From Raja brachyura (lineage: Eukaryota): a DNA stretch of 64,000 nt. The notes under the pieces are model-generated. The model was given only the letters and a program-made list of their open reading frames with translations. It did not search any database and was not told where the DNA came from. The position numbers and the translations under genes were made by a program. Positions within the stretch are counted from its first letter, which is position 1. Each line of letters begins with the position of its first letter. This document shows positions 38,009 to 49,874 of this stretch, piece by piece. The DNA lies in NCBI GenBank assembly GCA_963514005.1, contig OY740781.1, positions 182,280,001 to 182,344,000 of the forward strand. Reading direction: 5' to 3'.

Positions 38009-39347
38009 TCCCGCGCTGAGGACTGGGCTTGTTCTGGCCCTCTTACCCAATTCCAGATAGTCCCATGAAGGACAGAAGATCAGTATGTCATTTTTGAGAT
38101 GTTGACAAGGGTGGAGGGTTTACTGATGATTGCAAATACTAGCCCAGTATCATCTTTAACACTGTGGAATGCAACTCAATTGTAGCCCAAACTCATGAAC
38201 CACTGATGTAGTATTGAATTAAAACAAGCTAACTGTTTTGAAGAATGAGATGAATATATTAACCTTGTTCATGTTCATCATGATACGCATGATGTATAAA
38301 CAAGGATTAATTTAATGCAAACAATTTGAAATATGTCAAACTATTTGAGATGAAGCAAAATCTTTGGACATGAGCCCTTAAGACACTTTGTATAGAAAAA
38401 ATAAAATGACTTTATATACATATATATAAGTAGAATACTTAAAACTAAAAAAAAACACAAGTAAATCCTTTTGGGATAAACAATAATAATTTTGTTCATG
38501 TGAGATTGTTTATCATATGTCTCTCTTGGTCACTCAGCCAGCTTTTACGAAATCCACAAGTAAGGATTGGTCTTGACATTTTCTTTAAGCAGACTTTCAG
38601 TAAGAGTCATTCTGTAAGATAACATTGTGCACAAAACCAATTTCTGATTAATATTTTTTAAATATCAGATTTTTTTTAAAGCTTGAATTATCACAGCTTT
38701 TCTCGACTTCCAATATCCCCAAAACTTCCTTCAGCTGACTGGTTTGGCACATTCACATTTTTTTGCATTGGGCCCCTATTTATTTATCATACACAAACAA
38801 CTGTTTTTTTTCATCAAATATCTCGGAGCAATTCACCTTTAATGAGTAGTTTTACTTTGTCAGGCGTTATCCCTTTGCAGTATCTGATCTTCATTTCAAA
38901 TTAGAGCAGGGCTCTTGTCGTTTCTGTGAGACGTTGTGGTATTATGCAATGCATTGACGTCAGTCAGTCTGTAACAATCTCATAAAGAAATGCCAATGAG
39001 AAATTGATGTGTGTTTATGACCATTTGAAATTGTTTAGATACTTTTCTATTTAGTAACAACAACCAAGACTGTGAATAGATAATGCTGCAGACAGTGGTC
39101 GGGATGGTGGGTGGTTTCAGATAATCACACTTGGCGACATCCTTAAACAGTGTCTCAGCTAGTTTATTTCACAGAGAAAAATAACCAAAAGTAAAAGGAA
39201 AAAATAGCTGTCCATGGATGATTGATAGAGGAATAATGTATGCTGTAATGTCCAGAAATTTACATGGTGATGTAATTATTTGCCAAATAATTTTCATAGA
39301 GAAATACTTATGGGGGGAACCTGCACCCATTTGGTTGATAGACAGAT

Positions 39348-39858
39348 TGTAAGAGGATGCTTGCGGTACAGAATTAAAGTAAATGGCGGAATCCAGAAAG
39401 GTTGCTGGAATGGCTGGAAACCGCCATTAAAAAGAAAGAGAGGAAGGTAGACGGTGAATAGGGAAAGTGAACTGAAAGAAAGAGTACGACAAGAAGCGGA
39501 GTGCTTTTACTTCTATGGTTTTGGAAAGTTAATTTTCAGCCGAAAACTTCCCAATATATGCTGTAAAATAGTAGGTGCATTGCCCCTCTAGATCAGTTTG
39601 AATACCAAGGTCTTTGTGTGTGACCTGGAATCTACAAACTTGCTGAGGCTTTCTCTCTGGTTCATCATTGCTTGAAACCATTGGAAGCAACAAACGATCG
39701 GACCTGCAGTTTTTATATACAAAGATTTGTTGCAGAGCAGAATTCCTCTGGTGGCTGATTTTTGCTGAATAAACCATCAATTATCGAATCAGTCTTCATA
39801 GTTAGGGAAAATAAAATTCTGACCAGTCTGACCATGTTGAACTCGCTTTTTGCTTACA
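39348..39858 (+). mobile_element. Solo-LTR-like element (candidate)
   Basis: TGTAAG...CTTACA inverted termini, TATATA 39714-39719, AATAAA 39768-39773. No TSD seen and the left boundary is uncertain. Confidence 0.45.
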
Positions 39859-39863
39859 TCGGT

Positions 39864-40265
39864 TGTTTCAACAATAATCGACCGAACACCTGGGTTGGTT
39901 TAAACGTACGTTTATTCGGCAGGAGTCTTCACACAGGTCAGCAACCTAGCCAAGAGTCAAGCTCAATGCCTTTAGTCATAATGCCTTATATACTTTTAAT
40001 GCTACCGTTTATGTCTCACACATTACCCAATTAAGCAACAAGACACGTACGCAATGGTCAAGATAACAGGCACGTACACAATGGTCAAGATAACAGGCAC
40101 ATACACATGGGGAGATGTTATTTAGTGGAGCAATACTAGGGCTAAGACAGGTACATTCCTCAGACTTTCTGGCATGGCGGTTTGTATATTCCTCAGCCTT
40201 CTGGTCGCCAGCCATCTCAGTCAGACGGGTGCGGGGAATACCAAAGTCATGAATATGCAGCAACA
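39864..40265 (-). mobile_element. Solo-LTR-like element (candidate)
   Basis: TGTT...AACA termini. On the minus strand TATATAA (39992-39986) precedes AATAAA (39916-39911). 27-bp tandem repeat upstream of the TATA. No TSD seen. Confidence 0.5.
40044..40107. repeat. 27-bp tandem repeat, about 2.4 copies
   Basis: CACGTAC(G/A)CAATGGTCAAGATAACAGG at 40044-40070 and 40071-40097, partial third copy. Confidence 0.95.
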
Positions 40266-40407
40266 GCAGGACAATGTGTATTTCTCATGACCACAACTTC
40301 CTGAAACCTGCAGCCACATAGTCAGCAACTTTGGTCAGCAGACATTTTATGTTTTAATCCAGTCCACCAGGCCAAACCATTTTACCTTCACAGAACAATC
40401 TTTACAG

Positions 40408-40536
40408 TCTGAAGAAGGGTCTCGACCCGAAACGTCGCCTATCTCCTTGGCTCCTTAGATGCTGCTGCACCCGCTGAGTTTCTCCAGCTTTTTGTGTAAC
40501 CCTCGATTCTCCAGCATCTGCAGATCCTTCTTCAAC
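40408..40536 (+). mobile_element. Penelope-derived ~130 bp mini-insert with TSD
   Basis: ACAATCTT(T)ACAG at 40395-40407 and 40537-40548. The insert begins at the hammerhead core. Confidence 0.85.
40409..40436 (+). ncRNA. Minimal type I hammerhead ribozyme-like motif, best-preserved copy
   Basis: CTGAAGA-A-GGGTC-TC-GACCC-GAAA-CGTC: CUGANGA box, stem II, GAAA box, self-complementary ACGT in place of stem III, GUC cleavage triplet. Stem I is only about 2 bp, so activity is unproven. Confidence 0.6.
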
Positions 40537-40799
40537 ACAATCTTACAGCGTTTATTCAAGATTTACATTCACAACTAGACCAAATATTGACCTGAGCTCA
40601 CAACCTGCATTTAATTTGCGCACTTTCTCAGGTACTGAAACTATGTATTCCTGACCAGGTTGAGCCTTACTCCATTGCATAGTTTATGTAGAGTTCACCC
40701 TCCGCCACCTCCAGTTTAAATTCCACTTGGAATATTTTTGGAGGACCAGGAAACCAAGAACAATTCTGGAGTTAGGATGGGTAGAGGGAGGACACATCC

Positions 40800-41515
40800 T
40801 GGGCAGGCTGAATGGTACAGCTGGTAGAATTGCTGCCTCAAAGTGCCAGTGATACTGGCTTGACCATAATGTGGAGCGTTGTGTGTATGTGTAGTTTGCA
40901 CAGTCTCACAATCAACACATGGGATGTGCTACCATTTATTTTCAATCCCAAAGACGTGTTGGTTAGTATGTTAATTGAATACTGTAAGTTAGCTGAGTAC
41001 ATTTTTGGGGAGAGTAGATGAGTACTTTTGGAGAAAAGGCTTTAGGGAAGAATTAGTGGGGGAAGGGGATTGCTATGTACCAAATGCAATGGACCAAATG
41101 ACCTCCTCCTTCGCCATTATAGAAATGCAGAAATGCTGCACTGCAGCCATTTTGTTAAAAATGGATAAAAACAAACATAATGTTCTTTTAAAAACAATTG
41201 CCCCATATCTCAATTAATTTTATCATGGAAGGAGACCATTTGGCCCATCATGTCAATGGCAGTTGTCAGAACAACCCATATAGCCTGTTTTTTTCTCTGT
41301 TACCTATTCTCTCTCTGACATACCCAACAAGTTCCCCCACCCTCAATTATCCCACACACAGATACAGGCAGGATAATTTATACCACCCAATTAACCGATC
41401 TGAGTGGAAATTGGAGACGACAGGAGGAAACCATGCAGTCAAAGGAACAAAATGCCAACTCCACAGAGACAACGGCCGATGTCAGGACCGAACCCGGATC
41501 ACTGAAACTTTGTAC
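40800..41515. mobile_element. Two decayed tRNA-derived SINEs (sense about 40800-41110; antisense about 41225-41515)
   Basis: GCTGGTAGAATTGCTGCCTCA head. AACTCCACAGAGACA..GTCAGGACCGAACCCGG in antisense. Confidence 0.6.
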
Positions 41516-42364
41516 CAATTATTTGAAGACTGTTTGCTGCGCAGGCCATACATTAGTTTACAAGACATCCGTATCGATTACTACTTCTAGGTGCAAATCA
41601 TCATAAGCCTTAATTCATGTCTAATGATTGATAATTTTATTCAGTTTGCAATTATTATTTGCCTGCCCTATGTCCGATTCCCATTCATTCTTTTCATCGT
41701 ACAAGACCTTGACATTTTGTCATATCCCAGGACATGTAAGAAACTCACAACAGATTTGTTTTATAAAATCAATTACGAAAGACAATCAGGTGCCTGTCGA
41801 GCCATCGGTGAAGTGTGCAATTTTTCCTGATACGGGCCTCCATTTTTTCCAACATTAGTATGAACTCCCATATATTTTATTGACAAAGGAGTGGTCTGCA
41901 CATTGCTCAGGCCATTGACGCATAAGCAGGATGTGAGCATGTCCAATCATGTCAGCATGTTCCAACCAATGTAGTTGTTTTTTGTTATTGAAAGATACAG
42001 AACGAGCAGGGTGCTGATTTCAAGTAGGTGCATTTTAAGCAAAGATGCTTCTTTGTGACTCCTCTGTAAACCGGTCACACAGCAGCAGCAGCTCACAATC
42101 CCAACCCTAACCCGGAACATCCCTTTCACCAAGCTGGTGAGTAGATGACCGTAGCCCACCAATACCCTTACAACTACAAAGCTGAAGTCGGTTTTCACTG
42201 TGAGTTATACTCAACAAAAGGATTTGCTATACTTAACATGTCAAGCACATTTTTAGGAAAATTGAAATAATCAAAAAGGCAGAGGATGTCTTTCTGATCT
42301 GCTTACAAAATCTCAGTTACTTTATGATTGGAAGGATCCTTCTCACATGGCACTATATTGTGCA

Positions 42365-42832
42365 AAAGACAAAGTGCTGAGTAATTCAGTGGGTCAGGCA
42401 GCATCTGTGGATGAAATTGATAGGCAATATTTTGGATCAGGACCCTCCTCCCTTCTCTTCCCAGTTCTCCGGCTAGTCTGACTTGTTTACATTTTATCTT
42501 TGTTTGCTTTGTTGTTACCTTCTCCTAGTTAACAATGATCTACATTTTACTTGATTCTCATCCCCTTTATCTGGATTTCACACCTTACACTTCTTTATCT
42601 CTGCATCTCTCACTCTCCTGACTCGTTCTGAAGAAGGGTCTCAACCCGAAACGACACCCATTCCTTCTATCCAGAGATGCTGCCTGTCCCGCTGAGTTAC
42701 TCCAGCTTTTTGTGCTTATCCCAGTCTGAAGAAGTGTCCTGACCCAAAACATCAATCTATTTTCTCCACATATGCTGCTTGACCGGCTGAGTTACTCCAG
42801 CACTTTATAATTTGCTCAAGATTCTAGCATTT
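42365..42832. mobile_element. Composite Penelope terminal repeats: antisense arm plus two tandem sense hammerhead-bearing units
   Basis: Antisense arm 42365-42447. CTGAAGA cores at 42628 and 42726, each followed by ATGCTGC..GCTGAGTTACTCCAGC. Confidence 0.8.
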
Positions 42833-43914
42833 GTTCATTAGTCTTTGATCTGAATTGGAACATGCATTATTAATAGCAATCCCATTGTTACGAGCATCCT
42901 TTAAATCTTTTTACAACAGTAAAAAAAATGATTTTACCATTTATTCTTATCATAGTACACGACCTTGTCATTTAAACATATCCGGCTACATGTAAGAAAT
43001 TCAGGATAGATTTGTTTTGGAAAAACAGTTGAAGAACATCTTAGGGCACCTGACAACCATAGAGACAAATATTAGTGATAAGGATTGCTGGTTGGGAAGC
43101 ATGATGCAGTGGGGGTGGGATGGTGTAATGGGTGATCAAAGACTCTACAGATTAATGAGAAAGATTTATGGAACACTTGGAAGAGTTAAGAGGTACATCT
43201 GATTAGGGAAAAAGTTTCAAAGAGCACATTTGTAATCTCTGCATGCTCAGCCTTTGTTAGAATGGAAACATTTGGAATGAGCTATTATGTCGACTCAGAG
43301 GCACAGAAAGTACAGGTCGTAACTTGTGGCTGGAGATATACATTGAGATAAGGAGAGAAAATGCATGGAAGAAGTTGACAATGAGGTGAAAGCCCTTGAA
43401 ATCAACAGATCGTGTAGCTTGACACCGACCGGTATGTTGTGATGTGTGGGAAAGAGCCCTCAACTTGGCAAATCTACAGTAACTGGAAATGACTGCTTTG
43501 AAGTAGGAGATATATACAAGGAGAATATTTCAAAATCTTAACTGAAATTTTGTTTTTTATTTTCTAAATATTTGGAACCTCACATGCTGTGAGAGAGAAG
43601 GTTTTTGCGGCAAATATTACCTTAGCTTACATTTTGCCCTCATTTTGTTGGGCATAATTGTGTAGCACATCTCGGTTCAGACAACTTACCCATTGTTTAG
43701 ATGGAATCCCATGTAGCTCTTTTGTACTGAAACATAAATTCAAGTGTAAAATAAATTTGAATGCAACATTACCATAAGTAAGCCTTCTTCTCTTATGCAC
43801 CTCCTTCATTAGCATGTAACACAAGAATTTATCCGCAGAATGATTTTTAAAGTGTATTTATTCAGTGGGTGTTCCTTGCAGAGCTGAAAACAAGCTGTCT
43901 TATATCTATTTTCC

Positions 43915-44360
43915 CAAAAAATAAACTTTATGCAGACTTAAAAATATATAAAATATATTAAAAAATCTTCAGACATTCTTAGCATCTATGCATTCATTTG
44001 TGTTTGCAACTATCCTTAAGCCAAGCACTCTTGCCACTCTTTCAGCCTCCTGGCATGATATCTCTCCCTTTCTTTGAAGGATGTCCCCACCGGACTCTGG
44101 CCTGCAGCAGAAGGACCTTAAAGCGTGGTCCTCTCCACATAACCTTGTTGTTGGCTGCACCAAGCTTCAGCAAGTCCCTCAGCACGTACTCCTGCAGTCT
44201 GGAATGGGCCAGTCGGCAACATTCGCTGATGGACATCTCACTCTCACGCCAATACGTTTCGGGCAGACCAAAGAGCGTCTTTCACCAAGTGGATTTGCAG
44301 CAGTCCACCTGGTGAAACTCCTCCTGCACTGCTGTTGGAAGGAGAGTTCCAGATATTGAT
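43915..44360 (-). mobile_element. Tx1-clade LINE 3' fragment
   Basis: ORF 44042-44236: ECCRLAHSRLQEYVLRDLLKLGAAN. Homologous to 20760-21170. Confidence 0.7.
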
Positions 44361-45149
44361 CCAGCAGCAATGCTTTTCTTGTCGGGATGATATGTGGTGA
44401 TCATTAGTATCCTGATTATAATATGTGGTTCCTATTAGTGCTGCCTATGTCCCCCTAATGGATAGAGATGACAATCTAGTTTGTGAGCTGCTATTGAAGG
44501 AAGCTTGAACAAATTGGTGCAATGCATCTGGTAGATGGTTTACACAGCGGCCACATTTTACCACAGATTTCCATGAGAGTTGCATGTGGTGTTCGATCCC
44601 TGATCTAGTACGCAGCTTTAGCAAATGGTGTCAAGTTGCATTGTTGGCGGAGCTGAACTATCCAGTTTGGTGGAGGTTATTCCATTACACTTCTAACTTG
44701 CATCACGTAAATGGTAGAGAGGAGTCAGGAGGTGAGTCGTTCACCACAGAGTCAACACTTTAACCCACTCCTGTAGCCACAGTATTGTGGTGAGTTTAGG
44801 ATTTTGATGATGGGAGTAAGTAATGCCATGCTGATGCACTTGGGATGAGGTGGTCAGACCCTCTTTTGTCCTTGCCTGACACTAGCCTATCATCTAATCA
44901 CCTTAATTACCCTGGTCGTGTATATTATCTGGGTCTTGAAGCAGTGCATGCCTGCAGGATGCACTTGTCGAGCATTGTAATTAGAAACTGCATTATCATC
45001 TCTGGACATCACACATATGAGGATTTGATGGAGAGAAAGACATATTGATGAAGATGATTAGGCTTACAGTGCTCTCCTGGATTTTCACTGATCTCCACAT
45101 TTACATTTTGATTCTGACGTTGCCACACTCGTTGTCAAGAGGTCAGTTT

Positions 45150-45555
45150 TACCTCATCAGCAGATTTCAGGGGACTGAGCACACTGCCTTGAGGTGTTCT
45201 TGCATTGATAGTTATTGAGGAGGAAGTGCTGTTGCTAATTCGTACCGATTGTAGTCTGCCTATGAGGTGGTTGCGTTTCCAATTATGTAAGGATAAGCAG
45301 AGATCCAGTTCTCTGAGTTTAATGATAAATTTGGAGTGGATTATGGTGTTGATTGCTGAGCTATAGTTGATGAACAACTGCCCAGCATACGTATTCTTAT
45401 TGTCCAAGTATTCCAGTGCAGAGTGGCGAACCAGCGAGATCACATCCACAACAAATTGTAATGGGTCCAAGTCTTCATTAACCAACATCTCTCAAGGCAC
45501 TTCATCACCACAGAGGTTAGTGAGGTCAATAGTCAGTTAGGCGTGTTGCTGTACT
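45150..45555 (-). mobile_element. Rex1/Babar-type RT fragment
   Basis: ORF 45135-45488: LDPLQF..LEYLDNKNTY..LFINYSSAINTII..PQGSVLSPL. Confidence 0.85.
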
Positions 45556-45569
45556 CTTCTTGAGCACTG

Positions 45570-46082
45570 TTAAAGAAGGAACTGCAGATGCTGGAAATTC
45601 GAAGGTAAACAAAAATGCTGGAGAAACTCAGTGGGTGAGACAGCATCTATGGAGCAAATGAAATAGGCGACGTTTCAGGTCGAGACCCTTCTTCAGACTG
45701 ATGAGAGGGTGGGGGGGGGGGGGGGGCGAGAAGAAGAAAGGAAAAGGCGGCGACAGTGGGCTGTGGGAGAGCTGGGCCTCCTCCATGGCTAGAGTGAGGC
45801 CCACCACAAATTGGAGGAACAGCACCTCATATTCCGCTTGGGTAGTTTACACCCCAGCGGCATGAACATTGACTTCTCCAATTTTAGGTAGTTCCTGCTT
45901 TCTCCATCTTTTCCCTCCCCTTCCCAGCTCTCCCACAGCCCACTGACCCCGCCTCTTCCTTCTTCACACCTCCCTACCCCCTCATCAGTCTGAATGAAGG
46001 GTCTCGACCCGAAACGTCGCCTATTTCCTTCGCTCCATAGATGCTGCCTCACTCGCTGAGTTACTCCAGCATTTTTGTCTAC
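45570..46082. mobile_element. Penelope insertion with inverted 5' terminal repeat and 14-bp TSD
   Basis: CTTCTTGAGCACTG at 45556-45569 and 46083-46096. Antisense arm 45570-45772, then sense KLEEQHLIFRLGSLHPSGMNIDFS and terminal repeat. Hammerhead motifs at 45669-45696 (-) and 45990-46018 (+). Confidence 0.9.
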
Positions 46083-46939
46083 CTTCTTGAGCACTGATAT
46101 TATTAATGGTTGAGAATACTTGATCATCTGGTGCAGCAGGAGATGTGCTGCTTGTGGTTCGGAATTGACTTCTTACAACTTACCTTGTTGAAGTCTCGTC
46201 TATGATGAAAATGGCATCAGGGTACGTATGGCGTTTAATATTTATTTTACCTTGGCGTGCAGCTGCTGCAGTGCTAGCCAAATTTCTGACTGGGGCAGGA
46301 TACAATCCGCAGTCATGATGATGGAGATGAATTCCCTAGGGAAGTAGAAGGGATGGCACTTCACTGACAGATGTTCCAGTTGCAGGGAGCAGAAGTTGGA
46401 CAAGACCGCTACCTCACAAAGAGTTTACCATGAGACAGACGCTGTAGCCTCTCCCTTTACCCGATGACACAGTCTGGACTATGCGATGGATTGAGAAACC
46501 TTTGGGCTGGCGGGCTGAGTCTGGAAGGCTGGGGTTGATGCTGTGAAGCAAAGTGCACAGCATCCCTTCATGTTCCTTTGGAAAAGCAATCTTGCTCTTA
46601 ATACCTCAATCATATTTTCTAGGAACTGTACATTTGCTAATAGGGAGGGGCTTTGAAGTCCCCTGTGGTTCATTCTGGCCTCTCAACTACCACATTTCCA
46701 GGCACTATGATGGCCTCTGCAATGCCTCCCGGTACTGTACACACTGTTTATGTAGACTGTGGCATTGGGAACCCCCATCGGAATAAGACAGTAGCACTGA
46801 TGCATTTAAATGAACTAACAGCCTGTCTGTTACATCACTGATTGGTGATGTGTCTGTAAACTTAAGAGGTAAATAATGACTACGTTTAATCTTGATCTGT
46901 TCCGCTGCTTGCAAAATGTTGCCACACTCTTACAGCATT

Positions 46940-47122
46940 TCTTCAGTGGTGGTAGCAGATACAATAGTAGCGTTTAAGGGGCTTTTGGATAGGCACGTGA
47001 ATTTGCGGGAAATGCAGGGATACAGAGCGCATGCAGTAAAAATAAATTTGTTTCATTTTGCATTATATTCAGCACGGACATTGCAGGCTTTAGAGTTCTG
47101 TGCTGTATTGTTCTGTATTCTG
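46940..47122 (+). mobile_element. CR1 3' fragment, decayed
   Basis: Translates VVVADTIVAFKGLLDRHVN, followed by a 3' UTR-like segment with (TGTTC)n-like tail. Confidence 0.7.
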
Positions 47123-47944
47123 TGTCAATATAAATCCGAGCAGCTATTTGTAAAACAAATGGAATCTTATTATATATTTAACCTGAAAATGAATCAAAAA
47201 CACACAGGAAAGTACACACGACCAGAAATCAGTAAACAATCAAATAAGAGAATGCAAAGAAATCTTTGGCCCCAAAATTAATTCACTGTTGAACATTTAT
47301 TTACCATGAAATAAAATGTATTAATGGCTAATTTGGGCACATTTTGCATCTCAACCAGAAATTTGACCAGGCATTTGCTGGCGTTAGCCCCATTTGTGCA
47401 TCTGACAGGATTTTAAATTGCATTATTTTACTGCGCAAGGGTCCTGTTGGAACGTTGTGTAGAAAATTAAGCCAAGTTGTTCCTGGTGCGACCATCATGA
47501 GATCCTTGCAAGCCAACAAAATCATCATGGACCCAAGCCAGGTGGAGACCTCACTGTGCTAACTCTATCCTTACCTTTAATTGCCCGCTCGCCCCTTAAC
47601 AACATTGACACTCACCATTATCCATCAATCTTTCCCATCTGATCCAGGCCTTTAAGCCCAATTTAACAATCTCTTTGCAAATCCAGAAGTTCTTCAAATC
47701 TTTTGATGAAGCCTTGCTCACCCTCCATTCTGTCCACTTACCTAATCACCCAAGCCTGCCTCATTTAACCCTGATTGTCAGCCCAGACTCTAGCCAGGCA
47801 TAAATCGCTGGCTGTCTCTACCTTGTAAAACAAACCCAGTTCCAGACAGCACAGTTCACTTTTGAAGAAGTATGGAGCTGGCTCAGTCATGCTCTATTTT
47901 TGGTATAGTTCTATCTGAATGCACAGTTTAAGGACATTACACAA

Positions 47945-48525
47945 TCTATACATAACTAAAGCTCTGATCTTGTGCTCTTCCGGTTTGCGCGTTTTTCTAT
48001 TTGTGCAAAAACGGTATGCGATAGCGCTATGATATTTCGTCAGCTCACTCACCGTTCTCCTATGCCGTGAGTGCAACAATTTTTGTTCCAATCGGTGGTA
48101 TATTGTAAAAGTTAGCGAGATTTAAAAATCTTAAAAGCCACGCGTGCGCAGATCTATCTCCTCACCTGCCAGTCAGTGCTGCGCGGATTAGTCTCTTCTC
48201 CCGTCACTCCGCAGGTCGGTCCGCCCCTTCCTGTGCCATCGCGTCTTTACTGGAGCTGAGGGAAGCTGTGGGTGGCCGGCGGAAGTCTCCAACCGGACAC
48301 AAGTTTCGGGGGGACCGGAAGCGGCGCGGCAGATGTCGCCAAATGGAAAGCGGTGAATCTGATCCCGGCGGAGGAAAGTGTCCAGCATCCGCTGTGAGCC
48401 CCAAATGCACCGCCATTGCAACTCCTCGCGCCTTCCCCTCTGGTCCCTCTCGCTGGCTCCTGCCCCCTCCGCCATGATACCCCCCTCTCCCCCCCCCCCA
48501 CAGCTCTTCCCCCGTCTTTTCTCTG
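47945..48525 (+). mobile_element. Helitron-like element, 5' end intact, 3' end not found, CpG-rich interior
   Basis: Starts A|TCTATACATAACTAAAGCTCTGATCTTG. About 160 bp homologous to 26626-26788. GC/CpG-rich 48140-48520. Confidence 0.6.
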
Positions 48526-48599
48526 AGCAGGTCATTCAGTTCGATTACTTTGTTCTGCATTTAATCAGATTGCAGCTAATGCTTGATCTCAAGTCCATT

Positions 48600-49752
48600 A
48601 TCAAGTCAAGAAGTAAGAGTTTTATTGTAGTTTTATTGTCATATATTCTGAAAAAGAACAATGAAAGTCTTACTTGCAGCAGCACTACAGTTATATGAAC
48701 ATAGTACAGTAAAACCCATAATAGACAACAAAAAGTTCATTATAGATATAAAACAACAAACAAACAAATAACCAAACAATAATAGTGAAAACAATTTTTT
48801 AAGTGCCCCCTAGTTTAAATAGACTATATATAGTTCAGAACCTATTTAGGTTGCTGTGTTTAGTAGCCTGATGCTTGTGGGAAAGAAGTTGCTCCTGAAT
48901 CTGGACATTACAGTTTTCAGGCTCCAATACCTTCTTTCTGATGGCAGGAATGAAATGAGAGTGTGGCCAGGGTAATGTGGGTCTCTGATGGTGCTGGCTG
49001 CCTTTTTGCGGCAGCAAGCCTTGTAGATCTCTTCAAAGGTGGGGTTTCAGTACCCATGGTGAACTGGGTACTTTTTGCAGTCTTCACGGCCAAACCTGGC
49101 CGTGATGCAACCAGTCAATATGCTCCCTACTGTACACCTATAGAGAGGTATTCGTTGACATACCAAATCTCCTCAATCTTCTGGGATGTAGAGGAATTGA
49201 TGGGCTTGCTTTATGATTGCATCAATGTGCTGGATCCTGGACAGATCTTCAGCCTTTGACTCTTTCCACCACCCTCCCGCCGACAAAGACAGGTTGTGGA
49301 TCCTCGACCTTCCTCTTCCAAAGTCACCAATTAGTTCCTTGTTTTCACCGATGTAAAGAGCAAGGTTATTGCTCCGGCCCCAATTGGTCAGTCGATCGAC
49401 CCCCCTCCTATACTCTGACTCACCATCATCTGCAATTCATCCAACGACTGTGGTGTCATCGGCAAAGTTGAAGATGGAGTTGGAACTGTATCTGGCTACA
49501 CAGTAATGAATATAGCGTGAGTAGAGCAGGGATTTGAGCACACAGCCTATAGGTGCTGCCATGCTGATGATTATCGAGGAGGAGGTGTTGCTGCCAATTC
49601 ATACGGATTGTAGTCTGTTCATGAGGAAGTCAAGGATTCAGTTGCGGAGGGACGTGCAGAGACCCAGTTCTGTGAGGTTGGTAGCCAGCTTGGAGGGGAT
49701 GATGGTGTTAAACAGTGCATTGTAGTTTATGAACACCAGCCCGACGTATGTG
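48600..49752 (-). mobile_element. Rex1/Babar-type LINE fragment, decayed
   Basis: Antisense TGTCATCGGCAAAGTTG (NFADDT), GATGATGGTGTTAAA (FNTII), GGAAAGAAGTTG (NFFP). 3' tail-like AGTCAAG..TTTATTG near 48604-48630. Confidence 0.8.
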
Positions 49753-49874
49753 TTCTTACACTATTTCATTATTGCTTGATTTAACAAGTGCAAAACCCCT
49801 TTTCTGCCTTGAAACTGCTTTTGAATGGGCATTCAAACATCTCTGGGGTCCAGAATTCTGTGCTTTTAATCCCT

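Noticed and set aside
40044-40107. Short repeats resembling a CRISPR array
   Set aside because: Head-to-tail 27-bp units with no unique spacers, eukaryotic context, no cas genes.
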